Part shown: positions 1 to 15,452 of the stretch, piece after piece | Numbering within the stretch: position 1 is the first letter of the stretch | Layout: each line of letters starts with the position of its first letter | Source of the DNA: Octopus sinensis | Lineage: Eukaryota | Direction: 5' to 3' | DNA length: 64,000 bases | NCBI RefSeq assembly: GCF_006345805.1 | Contig: NC_043006.1 | Span: 992,001 to 1,056,000, forward strand | Made by a program: the position numbers and the translations under genes | Notes under the pieces: generated by a model | What the model was told of the DNA's origin: nothing | Seen by the model: only the letters and a program-made list of their open reading frames with translations | Database searches by the model: none

Positions 1-236
1 TCTAGCAAGCGTAAATAATAACGCATATAATTGTATAGGCTCATTTATTTCAATCGCGAAATATTTTGGAATCTTAGTAATGGGGCTAAAGAAACAAAGA
101 CGTTTTAATTTCATTTCGATTTGTAATAGATTGCAAAATTCTTCAAATGAAAACGTGCGTTGAAACAGATGTATATTACGAAATAAAATCGTATATTTAA
201 AGAAAAAAAAAGAACCTCATACAAATATATAACTCA

Positions 237-272
237 TCTCTCTCTCTGTCTGTCTATCTATCTATCTATCTA

Positions 273-323
<51 letters not shown>

Positions 324-324
324 A

Positions 325-416
<92 letters not shown>
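237..416. repeat. (TC)n/(TCTA)n/(TCTG)n compound microsatellite
   Basis: Direct tandem TCTA/TCTG units; explains ORF 324..518. Confidence 0.95.
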
Positions 417-1136
417 ACTGCCTATCCGTCTGTTGTCTGCCTGTGTGCCCGTCTGTCGGCCTATCTCTATTCTAGCTTATATACACACACATGTATATAT
501 AGTTTACGTTTCCGTTAGAGTAAGGTCAACAAAAGAGTACACCATCCACTGAGAGATTAATATCATTTAATGTACACAATATAGTTACGAGCACCTAAAA
601 GGTTCACACATTGGAGGTGTAGACTAGCAAGTTTTAATAACACGCCTATAGTATTTAAAAAAAAACCCCAGATAGCTAACATTAGTGATAAGATACCCAA
701 TCTCCTTTCAATACGGTGAAAAATTACAACGCCAAAACAAAGCACAGAGAGCTGTACTCAGTAGTGCAGTGAAAGCGCGCGATAAAGATATGACTAATAA
801 CTAATCCTTTCTACTGGAAGCACAAGGTGTGTGTGTGTGTATGTGTGTGTGTGTGTGGTGTGTGTGTGTGTGTGTGTGCGTGTGTGTGCGTGTGCGTGCG
901 CGTGTTTGTCCAGCTTGGATGCAGTCCAGTGACCGAAACAAATAAAAGGATAAAAGGTAAATAAGAAACAATGTTATGATGCACTACGTAATCTCACACC
1001 TGGTATATAATTGGTAGCACTCAGCACTCGGTGATATATTTCGCACGCAGGTCAGGAGTTATCCAACCTTGGCATTGTGAAGCCTTAACGTTAGATGCGA
1101 GTAACCATTGGATTGTTTGATAATATATATATATAA

Positions 1137-1838
<702 letters not shown>

Positions 1839-2930
1839 TAAGTGAGGAATGGTTTGCATTTCTCGGATTTTATTCATCATTAAACACATCATGTGATTTT
1901 TGCAAACTGGAAGTGGATGTTCAAGCGGAAGCAGAACAAATATGGTTGGCTACTTTGGTTGAATAATGGCAGCTTATAGTTGAGGCATTAATGACAGGAC
2001 ACAAACCTTTCCTGATTATGTGGGAACCTGACACTCTCTTATCTCTACGTAGTTCTCTACTCTGGATTAATTATAAGTAAATGGTGACTACACAATGCTA
2101 GATAATAAGATTTAGTGGATGATTTTAATTAAGTACTAATAATTAACTGATAATCCATACAATAACAAACCTGTTCCTTCTCAATATGGCGTTTGCTGTT
2201 GTTTTTCTTTATCCGGTAACATCTGGTCACTTTAGACGATATGTTCATAAGACTCTCGACTCCACACTGTAAGAAGACTTTGAGATACAGCAATGTTTCA
2301 ACCGTATTTCGTGTCTCCTCGGTCAAAGCTACCTTACCAGACCGATGCCAATGACAACAGTAGAAGCTCTTGTCTATAAAACATCGACAAGTACATTATT
2401 TGCTAATGCATGTTGGCGTCTGGCAAAGAAATAGTAATTCATGAGGCGCAAGCAGAACAGCGAGGAACCAAACGGTGAGGTAACTATTCATTCCTAAACC
2501 GCTTTGGCAGATCCAAACGTGAATATGCTGATCCCTGCTGTTTCAATGGAAAACGTTATTTAGTGGGAAATTGAAAGCGGTTACTAACGAATGAATTAAC
2601 GCTAATCAGATCTGCAAACGACATCACTGGAAGATGGAAATGGTTCAATTAGAACCAAGTTAATGCTGTATGATTAAAGATAATGAATACGATACTTTCT
2701 TATGTTTTTTCTTCTTACCTGGTCCCGCTCTTTGAACTAAATAACCAGGTGTATTTATTATACGAGATTATTTATATTTTGTTTTACGAGAAATCAGTAA
2801 TTAATTATCTGAACAATAATTCTAAATAGGAAATTAATCATTTAATTTGATTACAAGGCTTAAACAAAATTATAGCAATTGTGTCTGGAATATATTTTCT
2901 AAACAAAGATTTTTCAAATTTTAATTTTTA

Positions 2931-3100
2931 TTCTTTTACTTTTTTCAGTCATTAGACTGCGGTCATACTGGGGCATTGCCTCGAAGGTTTTAGTCAATGA
3001 AATTGATTTCAGTACTTATTTCTTTAAACCCAGGTACTTATTTTATAGACACGTAAACAAGTCGAAACCGGTTATCAAGTGGTGGAAGTACAAACACACA
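2931..3100 (-). mobile_element. SINE family A, degenerate 3' fragment
   Basis: CTTTTACT…CAGTCATTAGACTGCGGTCATACTGGGGCA matches the family A tail. Confidence 0.7.
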
Positions 3101-4236
3101 GACTTGCATGCACGAACTTATACGCACGCACACACACGCACACACTCACAGGCAAATATATACATACATACACACAAACAAGCACACACACTCATATAGA
3201 TACATATATACATACATACATGCACACACACACTCTTTATCTCTCTCTCTCTCTCTCTCTCTCACTCACACACACACACACACACACATATGTCTGTGTG
3301 TTTGGGATGTAAAGAAACCTGTATCGATTTAACTCCTCGCAACTGGTGTCGGTTTGTTCCACTAAATCCATTCGATACGGTTCCCCAGCATAAAACAAGC
3401 TAAAGATGAAAGTTATTTCTAATGTAGAATGCCAAAAATGTTTGTTGTGAAATGCTTTGGTTATTTAAGTTATTGCTTTAATTCAGATGATGGAATAATT
3501 CCATCGCTTTTGATGAGATAACAGGCGACCTAATGACTCGTGAAAGGAAACGCAACATAAAAATTATTATGCGTTCAAAGACAACCATGAAGGTTGACTG
3601 AATATTGTGGTCAAATGAAAAACTATGTAGTAACTATGCTACGACATCACTAGATGTCACTGCAGTCAATACACCAAAGGCATTCATTGAGTTTTCATGG
3701 CAAAAAATGCGTTTATTACTTTTAGCATATAGCACATATAAATAAAAGTGTTACAGTATTATATCGTCTAACTTAACGGTATAAATCAACTATCATTGAT
3801 AATAAAAAGATACTATCGGAATGTTGAGGTCACCTATTCTACTTGTCTGTTGTTTTTAAAATCAACGTTTGTTCGTTATTCACACGAATATTTATCTGAC
3901 TGCGATTGAAATCATAGACTTCTCTTTCAAACAGGATCTCAGGGTTCTAATCCCTACTGTCTCAGAAGAAGCAGAACCGCTCAATCCCGATGTTGTATAT
4001 CTCATAGCAAACGCAAATGACAGATTCAAAGTTTAAATCGCTTCTTAACCATAAAATGTCTGTCGAGGAAAAGGCGTCAGCAATTCGACATTGTTTGTCT
4101 TTATTTCAGTCATTATTGTGAGAGGAAATATTTATTACAAGAAATATTAGATGTGTTATTAAAGAATTTTGATTGACCAACTTATGGCAGCACGATCCTT
4201 TTGTGACAGCTTGCAGGAAATATGGCAATGACCAAG

Positions 4237-4283
<47 letters not shown>

Positions 4284-5028
4284 AGTAGTTACCAAATAGT
4301 CTATATGGATTTTACTAGAAATTATAAGATATTAGAGTGGAAGAAAATAGAAATAAAAATGTGAAAGTATTTATTGGAAAAGGATTTTCATAGATGTTCG
4401 TGAAATTGGAAAAATGATTTTTATTGGTGTTCGTGAAATTGGTAAAGATCTCTTGAATGTAATCCTGCTAAACTGGTGAACGGCACCAACGAACTCTAAA
4501 TGCTATAATTGCAGTATTGTTTATTTTTCTGCACTCCGTATAAGATTAAATAATGCTGCTGCTCATTCCATGCAAGGTTTAATAATGCACACTGCATCCT
4601 CATCTGCCAATAGCGTACCTCATTTTACTCCTTGCGTTCACATAAACACGGCTTAGATCTTCTAGATTAGAGGAGACCTCGGATCTAAGCAGCAACAAAT
4701 ACACTTTTTCTTATTCATGATTGTTATAAAGTTGGTTAGAAGAATTCCAGATTGCTGTCAATATTTACTGCAGTAAGTCGTGCCTCTTGCGGCAACATCT
4801 TACAAAAAAAATGTTCAGCTGTTGATAGCTCACTGCTTCGTCACGAACATCTCACGATGCAGTTTACTGAATCCGATTCACCAATACAATTAGTGAGTCG
4901 TCTGCTGCCCTGTCAATATGACTGGATACGTTGACACAAGAAAAAAGAATCTGCAGATATTGTTTTGCTGTCAAGTCTGGGCAATATTCGTTATATCTAT
5001 AATTATGTTTATAGGTATTTATACGAAG

Positions 5029-5071
<43 letters not shown>

Positions 5072-5119
5072 AAGATATAAAGAGGGAGATATATAAATAT
5101 GTGTGTGTGTAAATTTGTT

Positions 5120-5184
<65 letters not shown>

Positions 5185-5189
<5 letters not shown>

Positions 5190-5604
5190 TTTTACTTGTT
5201 TCAGTCATTTGACTGTGGCCATGCTAGAGCACCGCCTTAAGGGTTTTAGTCGTAGAAATCAACTCCAGGACTTATTCTTTCTGAGTCTACTACTTATTCT
5301 ATCGCTCCCTTTTCCCAAATCGCTAGATTACGGGGACATAACCACACCATCATCGCTTGTCAGGCAATGGTGGGGGGACAAACACAGACACACAAACATA
5401 CACACACATACATATATATATACACATATACATACATATATCGACGGGCTTCTTTCAGTTTCCGTCTACCAAATCTACTCACAAGGCTTTGGTCGGCCCG
5501 AGGCTATAGTAGAAAACACTTGCCCAAGGTGCCACGCAGTGGAACTGAACTCGGAACCATGTGGTTAGTAAGGAAGCTACTTTCCACACAGCCACTCCTG
5601 CGCC
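5185..5604 (-). mobile_element. SINE family A, full length (tRNA-derived, internal microsatellite)
   Basis: Minus strand begins GGCGCAGGAGTGGCTGTGTGG (A-box-like) …GAGTTCAGTTCC (B-box-like), then body, (TA/TG)n and tail. Confidence 0.92.
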
Positions 5605-5771
5605 TATGTATATTGTATATTATATATATATATGTGTATATATATATATATATATATTATATATACGTGTGTGTGTGTGTACACACATAGACACACGTAT
5701 ATAAATGTGTACATATATATATGTTCACACATACATGTATAATTATAGATAGATATATTATCTATATAATT

Positions 5772-5772
<1 letters not shown>

Positions 5773-5851
<79 letters not shown>
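5773..5851. repeat. (GATA)n microsatellite
   Basis: Perfect GATA tandem array. Confidence 0.95.
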
Positions 5852-5852
<1 letters not shown>

Positions 5853-6410
5853 AAGGTAAATAGTTATGAATTCATATATTTTCTATTTTGTTGTTATTTT
5901 CAATAAATTTCTCAATTTTATCTTTTCCTTTCACCGTCATTATAATCCTATTGGGATAAAACCAATTTAGTCTCTCTTTTCCTCCATCAATCATCATTCT
6001 GTGTAGTAGTTTTGTTTGAAGAATATTGTATTCGCGTAACAAAATTTCAACAGATCAATAAATCTTTTGCATCTAAGAGACAATATTAGCGAGAATTCAT
6101 TGTCTTATTTCACACTCAAATATACAGAGAATATTTATAAATTTTTAACAATTCTATATAGTAGTTCCTGCATGCTTTCATTCAAATGTTTCTTTAATAG
6201 TAATACTATATTTTATCCAGTGAAAGAGTCGTAGATAATTTGAGCAGTTTGCTATATTTATATTAATTTTACTTTACAAATTCATTTTGAAATTTATAAT
6301 TATATTAGATTAAATTTTGAATCAAGTGCGAATTTCACGATGATCACGTTAAATTCGAAATGGAGTAAAAACTGTTCCTAAACGTTGAATTGTGATACAA
6401 CAAAGCGATA

Positions 6411-6451
<41 letters not shown>

Positions 6452-6456
6452 GGATA

Positions 6457-6664
6457 TTGGTTTTAAATTTTGGCACAAGAGAAGAAATTTCGTGAGGTGG
6501 GAATAAGTCGATTACATCGATCCTACTGCTCAACTGATACTTATTTTATCGACCCTGAATGGATGAAAGGCAAAGTCGACCACGGCGGAATATGAACTCA
6601 GAATGTAAAGACGGACGGAATACCACTAACCATTTTTTCGGGCGTGGTAACCATTCTGCCAGCT
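6457..6664 (-). mobile_element. SINE family B (tRNA-derived, core GCCTTTCATCC…GGGTCGATAAA)
   Basis: Plus strand shows TTATCGACCCTGAATGGATGAAAGGCAAAGTCGACC…GAACTCAGAA…TTCTGCCAGCT, as in many other copies. Confidence 0.88.
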
Positions 6665-7620
6665 TGTAAGAGAAAACAATATTATACTCCTGTTCCTTGT
6701 TATTTTATATTGTTTTTTTTTCTGTTATTGAAATAATTTTGAATATAATTACTTCACATTTACAAAACGATTAACTGAACTCCAGAAAACCAGTATGTAG
6801 ATTTAACGATAGAATAAACTATTGGAGTCTATTGGCTTGATTAAAACTAACAACGTTGTTTCCCTGCACGACCGCAGACAGTACATAAATATGTAAAAGA
6901 ATAACACATATGCATGTAAGTATGTGTGTATTTATATATTAATATGTATGTATCTGTAGCAACATGTTCCTTTGGCTATCTATGTATATAAATGAGGTGA
7001 CAGGCTGCAAATTTGATCAAAATATATGCTACGAGTTCTTATATGAAATTTTAAAATTGTAAGAGGTATATCTGTACAATGTTTCGATTTATCAAACGTC
7101 TTAAAAGTCCACTGAAATACAAATACTAATCCAATTTTTTAGTTCAGAAACAACAGGAAATATCTTTAATCTATTTATATGTAATCTATAATTCTGTAAA
7201 CGAGATTTGTGTATGATTCATATATAACTTCACATTTTAAACAACTGTATTTTATTTAAAAAAAAGACTTCTCTGAAATCTTTTATATATCGAATATGAA
7301 ATATTTTTAGATAAGTTCTATAGTCCAATAACTTGAATCTCCTTAGTTATGTTACAATAGAATTTACAACAAAATAGCATAGATTTCACTTAAAGTTCAG
7401 AATTTAATTGTGTTCTGTGGCATAAAACATCATTATTAATATAACCAAGTAATTAAAAAAACATGATACGTTGCCCCTACCAGAGATAAATAGTAATCAG
7501 AAAAGCTGATTTAAAATGAACGAAACAAGTTTACTGCACTGTAATAACGTGTTGGAGTCTAACAATTTATGATCAGCTGCACTTTGAAATAGTGTGGTTA
7601 TATTTTTTATGTTTATAAGT

Positions 7621-8136
7621 GTAGGGGTAGCTGTGTGGTGGGAAACTTGCTTGCCAGCCACATGTTCCGCGTTCAGTCCCACTGCGCGACAACTTGGGCG
7701 AGTGTTTTCTACTATAACTTCGGGCCGACCAAAGCCTTATGAGTAAATTTGGTAGGCGGAAACTGAAAGAAGTCTGTTTATACACACACACACACACGCA
7801 CACACACACATACCTACATACATACACACATACATACATACACACATACATACATGCATACATACATACATACATACATACATACATACATACATACATA
7901 CATACACATACATACATACATACATACATACATACATACATACATACATACATACATACATACATGCATACATACATACATACATACATGCACACATATG
8001 TGTGTGTTTGTGTATGTGTTTGTCTCACCGTACCCTTTCATAACCGGTATTAGTGTGTTTACATACCCGTAACTTAGCGTTTCGACGAAGCAGATTCATA
8101 GAATAAGTATCAGGCTTAACAAGATGTAAGTACTGG
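7621..8136 (+). mobile_element. SINE family A with expanded internal (CATA)n
   Basis: Head GTAGCTGTGTGG…GTTCAGTCCC, body, ~220 bp (CA)/(CATA)n, tail truncated where the Dong LINE begins. Confidence 0.88.
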
Positions 8137-9426
8137 TTATGAAGCAGATAGAAAAATTGAAGGTGGAGTCCTTGCGCAGACTGAGACTGATTCTTAAGTC
8201 TAAATTAAACGGACGGACTAAAATTGAAGCTATCAACACCTAGGCGGTTTCACTCCTTAGATATGGAGCAGGGGTAATCGCATGGGCAGTAGACGAACCA
8301 AACAGCTTAGACAGAAAGACAAGGAAGTTGCTAACTGGATATGGGACACTCCACCCAAAAGTGACAGACTGACAGACTGTATGTACCAAGAAAAAGAAGG
8401 GGCAGAGGACTTATTGTGTGCGAACACAGCATTAGAGCAGAAAACAACACAGCATGGTATGTAAAAAATGCCACAGAACCGCTATTACTAGAAGTAAGAA
8501 GGTCAATCTTGTGTAGGATGAAAGATTGCAAAGATAAAGCACTGTACAAGCAATTGAAAATGAATGAAATTGAAAATAGGTGGGTAAAGAAAAGAATGCA
8601 TGGTCATTTTCATAGGGATGTTGAAGATAAGATCGACAGAGAAAAAAGATGGCTGTGGATGACTAAAAGTGATTTAAAACCGGAAACAGAGGTTCTAATC
8701 TGTGCTGCCCAAGAGCAAGCACTAAGAACAAACTACATAAAATACAGAGTAGACAACACATCAGAAAGTGATAAGTGCAGAATCTGTGGACAAAATAGTT
8801 AAACCGTATGGCATATTACCAGCCAATGTACGCTACTAGCCCAGAAGGAGTATAAGATATGCCACGACAATATAGCAAGGCTTGTCCATTGGACACTTTG
8901 CAACAAGTATGGAATTGACAGTCCATACTTGAAGGCGTCATCAACAATCCTGAAGGCGTCATCAACAATGATAATGCAAAGATTCTGTAGGATTTTATGA
9001 TTCAGTGTGACCATGAGATAGAGAATAGGAAGCCGGACATAGTCTTAATTGAGAAAGAAAGCAAACTATGCTGGATCATACATATAGCATGCCCAGCTGA
9101 CAACAAGGTATGCGATAAGGAAGAAAGAAAAGTCGAGAGATATGACAGGTTAGCTTAGGAAGTTAAGCAGTTGTGGTCGAGGAAAAAGGTGGTAGTAGTA
9201 CCAATAATTGTCGGAGCCCTGGGAACAGTGAGCAAAAATCTCGAGAAATACACGGAACAAATAGGGGCTGCAATAAGGGTGGAGCACTTTCAGAAAACAG
9301 TACTGCTTGGAACCGCTCAAATACTCCAGAAGGTGCTAAAAAAATAACCGGTGTTACCATAGTTCAATGGTAGTGAAGAACTAACACCGTAGTACATCTC
9401 CAACGTTACAAGCTGTGCAAAGGCAA
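8137..9426 (+). mobile_element. Dong/R4-like non-LTR retrotransposon (RLE clade), 5'-truncated, decayed
   Basis: Post-RT region (…KLNGRTKIEAIN…DRKTRKLL…LHPKS…RLYVPR…GRGL), CCHC knuckle (CRICG…HITSQC), RLE motif (RKPDIVLIE…IACPAD) and C-terminus (IIVGALGT…QKTVLLGTAQIL), broken by stops and frameshifts. Followed by trinucleotide repeats. Confidence 0.9.
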
Positions 9427-9470
<44 letters not shown>

Positions 9471-9572
9471 ATAATAATAATAATAATAATAACAACAACA
9501 ACAACAACAACAACAGCAGCAGCAGCAGCAGTAATAACAACAACAACAACAACAACAACAACAATAATAATG

Positions 9573-9623
<51 letters not shown>
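9427..9623. repeat. Compound (CTA)n(ATA)n(ACA)n(GCA)n trinucleotide tract
   Basis: Direct; lies at the 3' end of the Dong copy. Confidence 0.95.
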
Positions 9624-9626
<3 letters not shown>

Positions 9627-10854
9627 CTAACACAGATATCACACTATAAGCAATAGCATCGATATAAATATAATAGATGCGCAAATATTAGTGCTAATAC
9701 ATCAATATCACTATAGTTCTGCATTGATTCCATCGGTTTTATCGCTGGTTTCTATAAATGTTTTTAAACCTCTAAAACAGCGTTAAGCTTCCCAACACTC
9801 CGAAACTTCGAAATAATCTCAATCGCAGTTGAAGCGAATTCACTTCCTTTACATCGTGTATAAATTTAATTCTTTCTTTCTTCGATTCAGTATTAAAATA
9901 CAAAAGGACTGGATTTGCCTTTCGTCTCACAAGAGTGTATACATGTGTTTCTGTAATATCCTCGAAACGTTTAAATCGTATAAAGCCCCAGTTTTCATTA
10001 GATCTCTCGCCTGAAATATCAAGAATTGTTTGACTCAGTCAAAAATAAGACAATAATCTAAGAAATAAATCTCTGAAATGCTATGAAATAAATCCTACTT
10101 ACCACTGATGTTAGTTTTCAATAGAAGAAGTTCCTTTAAAGCAAAAAAAAAAAAATGAAGAAATATATTAAATTATATAACACAAATATTTAGAATGTTA
10201 CATGCTTTCATAACAAACAACAGCTAAAGTTCTAAAAAACACAGGCGAGATCCACAATAGAACGTTGTTCTTACATCTTGAGCAGTGTTGTTGCTATGTC
10301 AACAGTCATTCTGCATCTCATCCAGAAGATCACTTAACCAATTCTTTAAAAATGCACTCACAGACACGGTTCTGCCTCAAGTCTACAGATATTTTGTTTC
10401 CTAGATTTTGTTGTTTTCTATTGTCCCTTTGGTGTTTGCCCTTTCAAAACAGCTATTCATTTCCATTCAGAGACTGTCAACCCCTTTGCCCCTTCTTCTA
10501 TCAGCCATGTAGCATCCAACCCTGAACCCTGGGACCGCGCAAATCATTACCTTTCTGTTTTCCACTCTCAGAATCTCGGTTCTCTGGAATACTCTGCACA
10601 TGTCTTTTCTGCAGCCGTCATTTCACAACAGTTTAAGCAGAGTGATAATTGCATTTGTTGTGTCTGCAGAGATACAAAAACGAAGTAGTCGCATTTGCCT
10701 TAGTGTTTTGGGAGTGTCTGAGAATGAGATGGGCATTACTCCTTTTTTTGGACTAAGCTAATAAAAAAAGCGTCGTAAATTAGAGTACAAATACCGGAAT
10801 CTAGAAATCTGGTTTCAATTCCCTGTTACATATATTTTATTCTTCTAATATATT

Positions 10855-11060
10855 GATTTCAATTTTTGGTACAAGGCCAGCAATTGAAGGGAAGCGTTTA
10901 AGTCGATAACATCACTACCAGTGCTCAATATGCACTTATTTTATCAAACGATGAAAGGCAAAGTCAATCGCGGCCTAATTTCAACTCAGAACATAAAGAC
11001 GGACGAAATGCCGATAAGCATTTTGCCTTGCGTGCTAACCATTCTGCCATCTCGCTGCCT
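10855..11060 (-). mobile_element. SINE family B
   Basis: GATGAAAGGCAAAGTCAA…AACTCAGAACATAAAGACGGACGAAATGCC…TTCTGCCATCTCGCTGCCTT. Confidence 0.85.
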
Positions 11061-12331
11061 TAATTCTTCTAATATATTAGATATCAAAATCCTTATCCTT
11101 ATTCCTGATTTTAATCAGCATATCTATGTTCAACTAGTTACGGTCCACTTTTGCCACAAAGAGTAGATTATGCTCATTGTATCGATCAAAGAAAATTTTA
11201 TTTAGTGTACGAGTGAAATATAAATGGGAACCATTCGATTTTTGGTGGTTAGTTATCAAATTTTATTGAAGAACTAGGTGTTAAACGCCATATGATTGGT
11301 AGCTTTGGAAGTACAATTTTTCCGTCATGGGTAATATCAGAAAATACGGCATACTATAATAATTATAACTTAATTTTTACCACATTTCTTAGTGCCAACG
11401 AACGAACCAATCAACCAATCAGTCAACCAGCCAATCAACCAACCAGCCAACCAAACAAACAAAAAAACCAACCGACCAACCAACATTTATAATGACTATT
11501 ATTACAAGGCAAGGAATTGATAGAAACGGCGAAACGCCTTAAATATTTCCGTCCTGTTTGCTTTAAATTATCGACAGAGACAGCAGGAATATACTGGGAA
11601 TAATTTTATTTTGGCGATACAGTTGGATAAAAGAAGTCATTACTCCAAAAATAATGTTTCAGAAATTATATTTCCCGAATCAAAATAATGTGCTAAAGGT
11701 TGTCTATGTTCAGAAATGTATAACAATTAAACGCACCGTTTGGACAGTACGATATTTGATTTTTGTACCTTCTATAATTCTAGAACTTTGTGTCTAGACA
11801 TATATGTATTCTAGAGATTTAAATTAGAACATTATTTCCCTAATCTTGTTTGAAAGGTAATTCTATTGTCTAGTGTTATGGTGTAAATTAGTTTCACCTT
11901 AACAGCAACTACCTCGAACAACGAGATGTTGAAACATTATGTGAGGCTTAAAATCCAGGCAAAACATTAATATTTTTACGAATCATTCAATTACACTGAA
12001 CCATTAATTGTTGTAAATGATCTCGGAATTATACCATGTTGTCGTTTATGTTGACATCGCCATTACACATGACAGGAAAACAAACTGTATGCTCCACAAC
12101 GAGAGAGAATGGCAAATATTTTTACGTGTACAATGTTGTGGCATTTGTGTAAATCAACTTATGAGCATATTTCTTGAATACTACGATATACACTTAGTTT
12201 AGTAGAAGATTTCTCAGTTACAATATCTAAGACTTCACCTAATTTCCAAGTTTGTCAGAATAACAATGTGTCGAAGAGGAACTAAATGAGAATAGCATTG
12301 AAGTAAATGACTGAGCGGTAACAAGTTAAAT

Positions 12332-12371
<40 letters not shown>

Positions 12372-13867
12372 TTGGATATGGATGCTCGGTGTTCAATTAA
12401 ATAATAATAATAAATAATGATAATAATCATTTTTCTCTTCACCTTTATGGCTGCGGCAGAAGTATTAATAATAATAAGTATGTTCCCAGCATAAGTATCT
12501 TTTTACTTCAATTACCAGCAATTTACTTATCTCATGACCAACAAAATCACTTCGTTCAAACTAGCTTGCAGTAGCACAACTTTTCGCATATCTTTTATAA
12601 ATTAGCTATAATTAAGCTTGCTGTCTTAAAGACTAGGACACTTGAGGTCTCTGGAAAGACATTCCATACATTCTCAGAAAATAGCAACAGAGACCAAGTT
12701 TTAGAATACCAAACAGACGTTGGAATCTCTTATCTGACTCCCAACGGTGTTTCCACCCAAGTAATGTTTCACCTGTCTAATATGCCATACAGCAATACTT
12801 TGGGCAACTCTAAAACTTGGAATTTCTGCAACTATGACAAAGAAACGGATGGGAATTGTTATGCTGACTTAGCATAGATATTCCGAATACCCAGTGGTTT
12901 TTCTATAAATTACATACTCCACAGTCATAATTATATAATTCATTAAGTCATTTGCTGTTTGTATTTCAGTTTGTATATGTCTAATTTTGCACGACATCGT
13001 CAAAAATCCAGATGAAAAACCTGCCAGTTAGTTCTAAAGAGATTTAAATCATCTTCATTTCCTTGTCTAGCAATGTTCTTTCTCATTCTCTCTCTCTCTC
13101 TCTCTCTCTGTCACTCTCTCTCTAAATTGATGTTTCAGTCCATAATTTAATCTACTGTGGCAGTAATTTTCTCTTACACAATGTCCAACATATTCTTATA
13201 TGCCACAGTTGATAGTCATAACTGCCGGATTAAGGCATGGCCCGAAACCAAGAAACTCCAACAAGCTGGAGGGACTTCAGAGATTAAGACAAAATTATTT
13301 CATTTATGAATATATACTCAGTGTAAGTAGGGTAAATATATCCCTTAAAAGAGCTCATTTTATAATCTGCGTTGGGTTGTATGATAAATTCAGTCAGAAG
13401 CAAGGCCCTGATATCTGCAAGGTCCTGCATTCAATCATGCCACAAGATCGTGATATCTGCAGGTTTGTTGTAAACAACAGATACGCTTTATTTCTTGTAT
13501 GAAATAATGATATGAATTTACTTATGTTTAATGATAACTAATTCGACTAGAAACCGGTAAGTTTCTCGTAAGAGACAAGTAAAGAATGTACATAGTTCAA
13601 CATTGGTACAAGAGTGTTTCAAAAAATTTGCTCTCATGGGAATAGGAAACAAGATCTGAGCAACTTTAAATTTACATTTCCCCTTCCAAGTCATATATTG
13701 ACAAGAAATCATGCAACGCAAATTCTTCGAATTTTAATTGCAAAACTAGATTTAAAATTGTTTTTTGTTTTTTGAAAACATCACTGAGGTCTCACAGTAC
13801 ATTTAGCCGAGAGGACTAGAATATCAAATTCCGGGTCTGTTGCTAATTAGTCTCAAACGAAAGAATA

Positions 13868-13961
13868 TACACACATACATACACACATACATACATACAT
13901 ACATACATACATACATACATACATACAGATATACATACATACATACATATATATACATATA

Positions 13962-14038
<77 letters not shown>

Positions 14039-14045
14039 ATATATA
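13868..14045. repeat. (CATA)n/(TA)n microsatellite
   Basis: Direct. Confidence 0.95.
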
Positions 14046-14364
14046 AGGATAAGATCGTTAATTTACATATCGATCTCATCAGGTGGCCAGCATGGGAATA
14101 AAAACCTTCAAGGGTAATAATTATTATTAAAATTATAATCTGAGGTATCTAAGAGATACCGCCATGCTGGAAATAGCAGCCAAAACCTGACTCTAAAATC
14201 ACATTAAATGTTCATACAACACAAGTAGAGATTACAAAAAGACAAAATAAAATAGCAAAAAATTACTGGATATTCTCCAGTCTTTTTTCCTGGTGCTATC
14301 TGACCATTTAAAGTGGTTTTAGAGTCAGGTTTTGGGTGCTATTTCAAAATACCCTAAATTATAA

Positions 14365-14411
<47 letters not shown>

Positions 14412-15237
14412 TTAGTACCCCAGCATGGCCATGGCCCTTGGGCTGAAACGCATAAAAGAATAAAAAATATATGTATATATGTGTGTGTGTATATATATAT
14501 ATATATACATGTGTGTGAATGTGTGTGCGGGGGCGAGGGCGCGCGCATGAGTTGGTTCTTACAAAGGCATTGTGCTGAAGATGTGAAGGAAATAGACGAG
14601 GGATTGTGATAGTCATGTGCTTCTCCGAAAGGAAAATATGCAAGAAAATGTAAGTGTAGAGAAGTGGTGGAAACAGATTTGATTGGCAGAGAACTCTTCA
14701 GTTGCACCGAACAAAAGACACACCCAGTAATCAGTTCAATTATGCCGTCATACATTTCTCTGTGTTTTTCGATCACTCTCCATCTTCTTCCACTTCATCT
14801 CTTTCCCCCTCTCTCTCTCTCTCCTTCTCTCTTCTTGTCTCCTTCTTTCTTTTACAAACTGCTCATCGTTTCTTTTTTTCTTTCTATTAACTCGATTCCT
14901 CTTTTCTCACACTATCCCGCTTTCATCTATTTTTATTCTTGCCTTCATCAATTCATTTTTTGAAAGCACTTTGTTTTCTTCATCTCCTTCCTCAATCTCC
15001 ATCTCTTCCTTCTGCTGTTTAGTCATCACTTCTACAATTCCTCTCTCCTCTGTCTCCTTTCTGACGCTTTTTTGTCGTAGTTTTTTCTTTCTTTTAAAAT
15101 TAGATTACTCTCTACAAACATCCTTCAAATACAAACATGTCGCTTAAAATAGACTGCGATTGTCTTATATTAATTTGTATGCCTTTTCTTTGTTTCTATT
15201 CTCTTCCAAGCACCTATCCCTTTCTCATATTTTTTTA

Positions 15238-15318
15238 CACACAGAGCCACACACACACACACACACATTCACACACACACACACACAGATCCACACACAC
15301 ACATTCACACACACAGAG

Positions 15319-15350
<32 letters not shown>

Positions 15351-15408
15351 TCACACACACAGAGCCACACACACACACACACACACAGAGCCACACACAC
15401 ACACAGAG

Positions 15409-15444
<36 letters not shown>

Positions 15445-15452
15445 TCACACAC
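15238..15452. repeat. (CA)n with recurring CACAGAGCCA and CACATTCA interruptions
   Basis: Direct; higher-order minisatellite-like structure. Confidence 0.9.

Noticed and set aside
745-827. Short match to the Dong 3'UTR end plus the start of a SINE tail
   Set aside because: Too short and diverged to delimit as an element.
2719-2736. 18-nt minus-strand microexon before a CCAG|GTAAG donor
   Set aside because: Weak acceptor; expected by chance in 64 kb.
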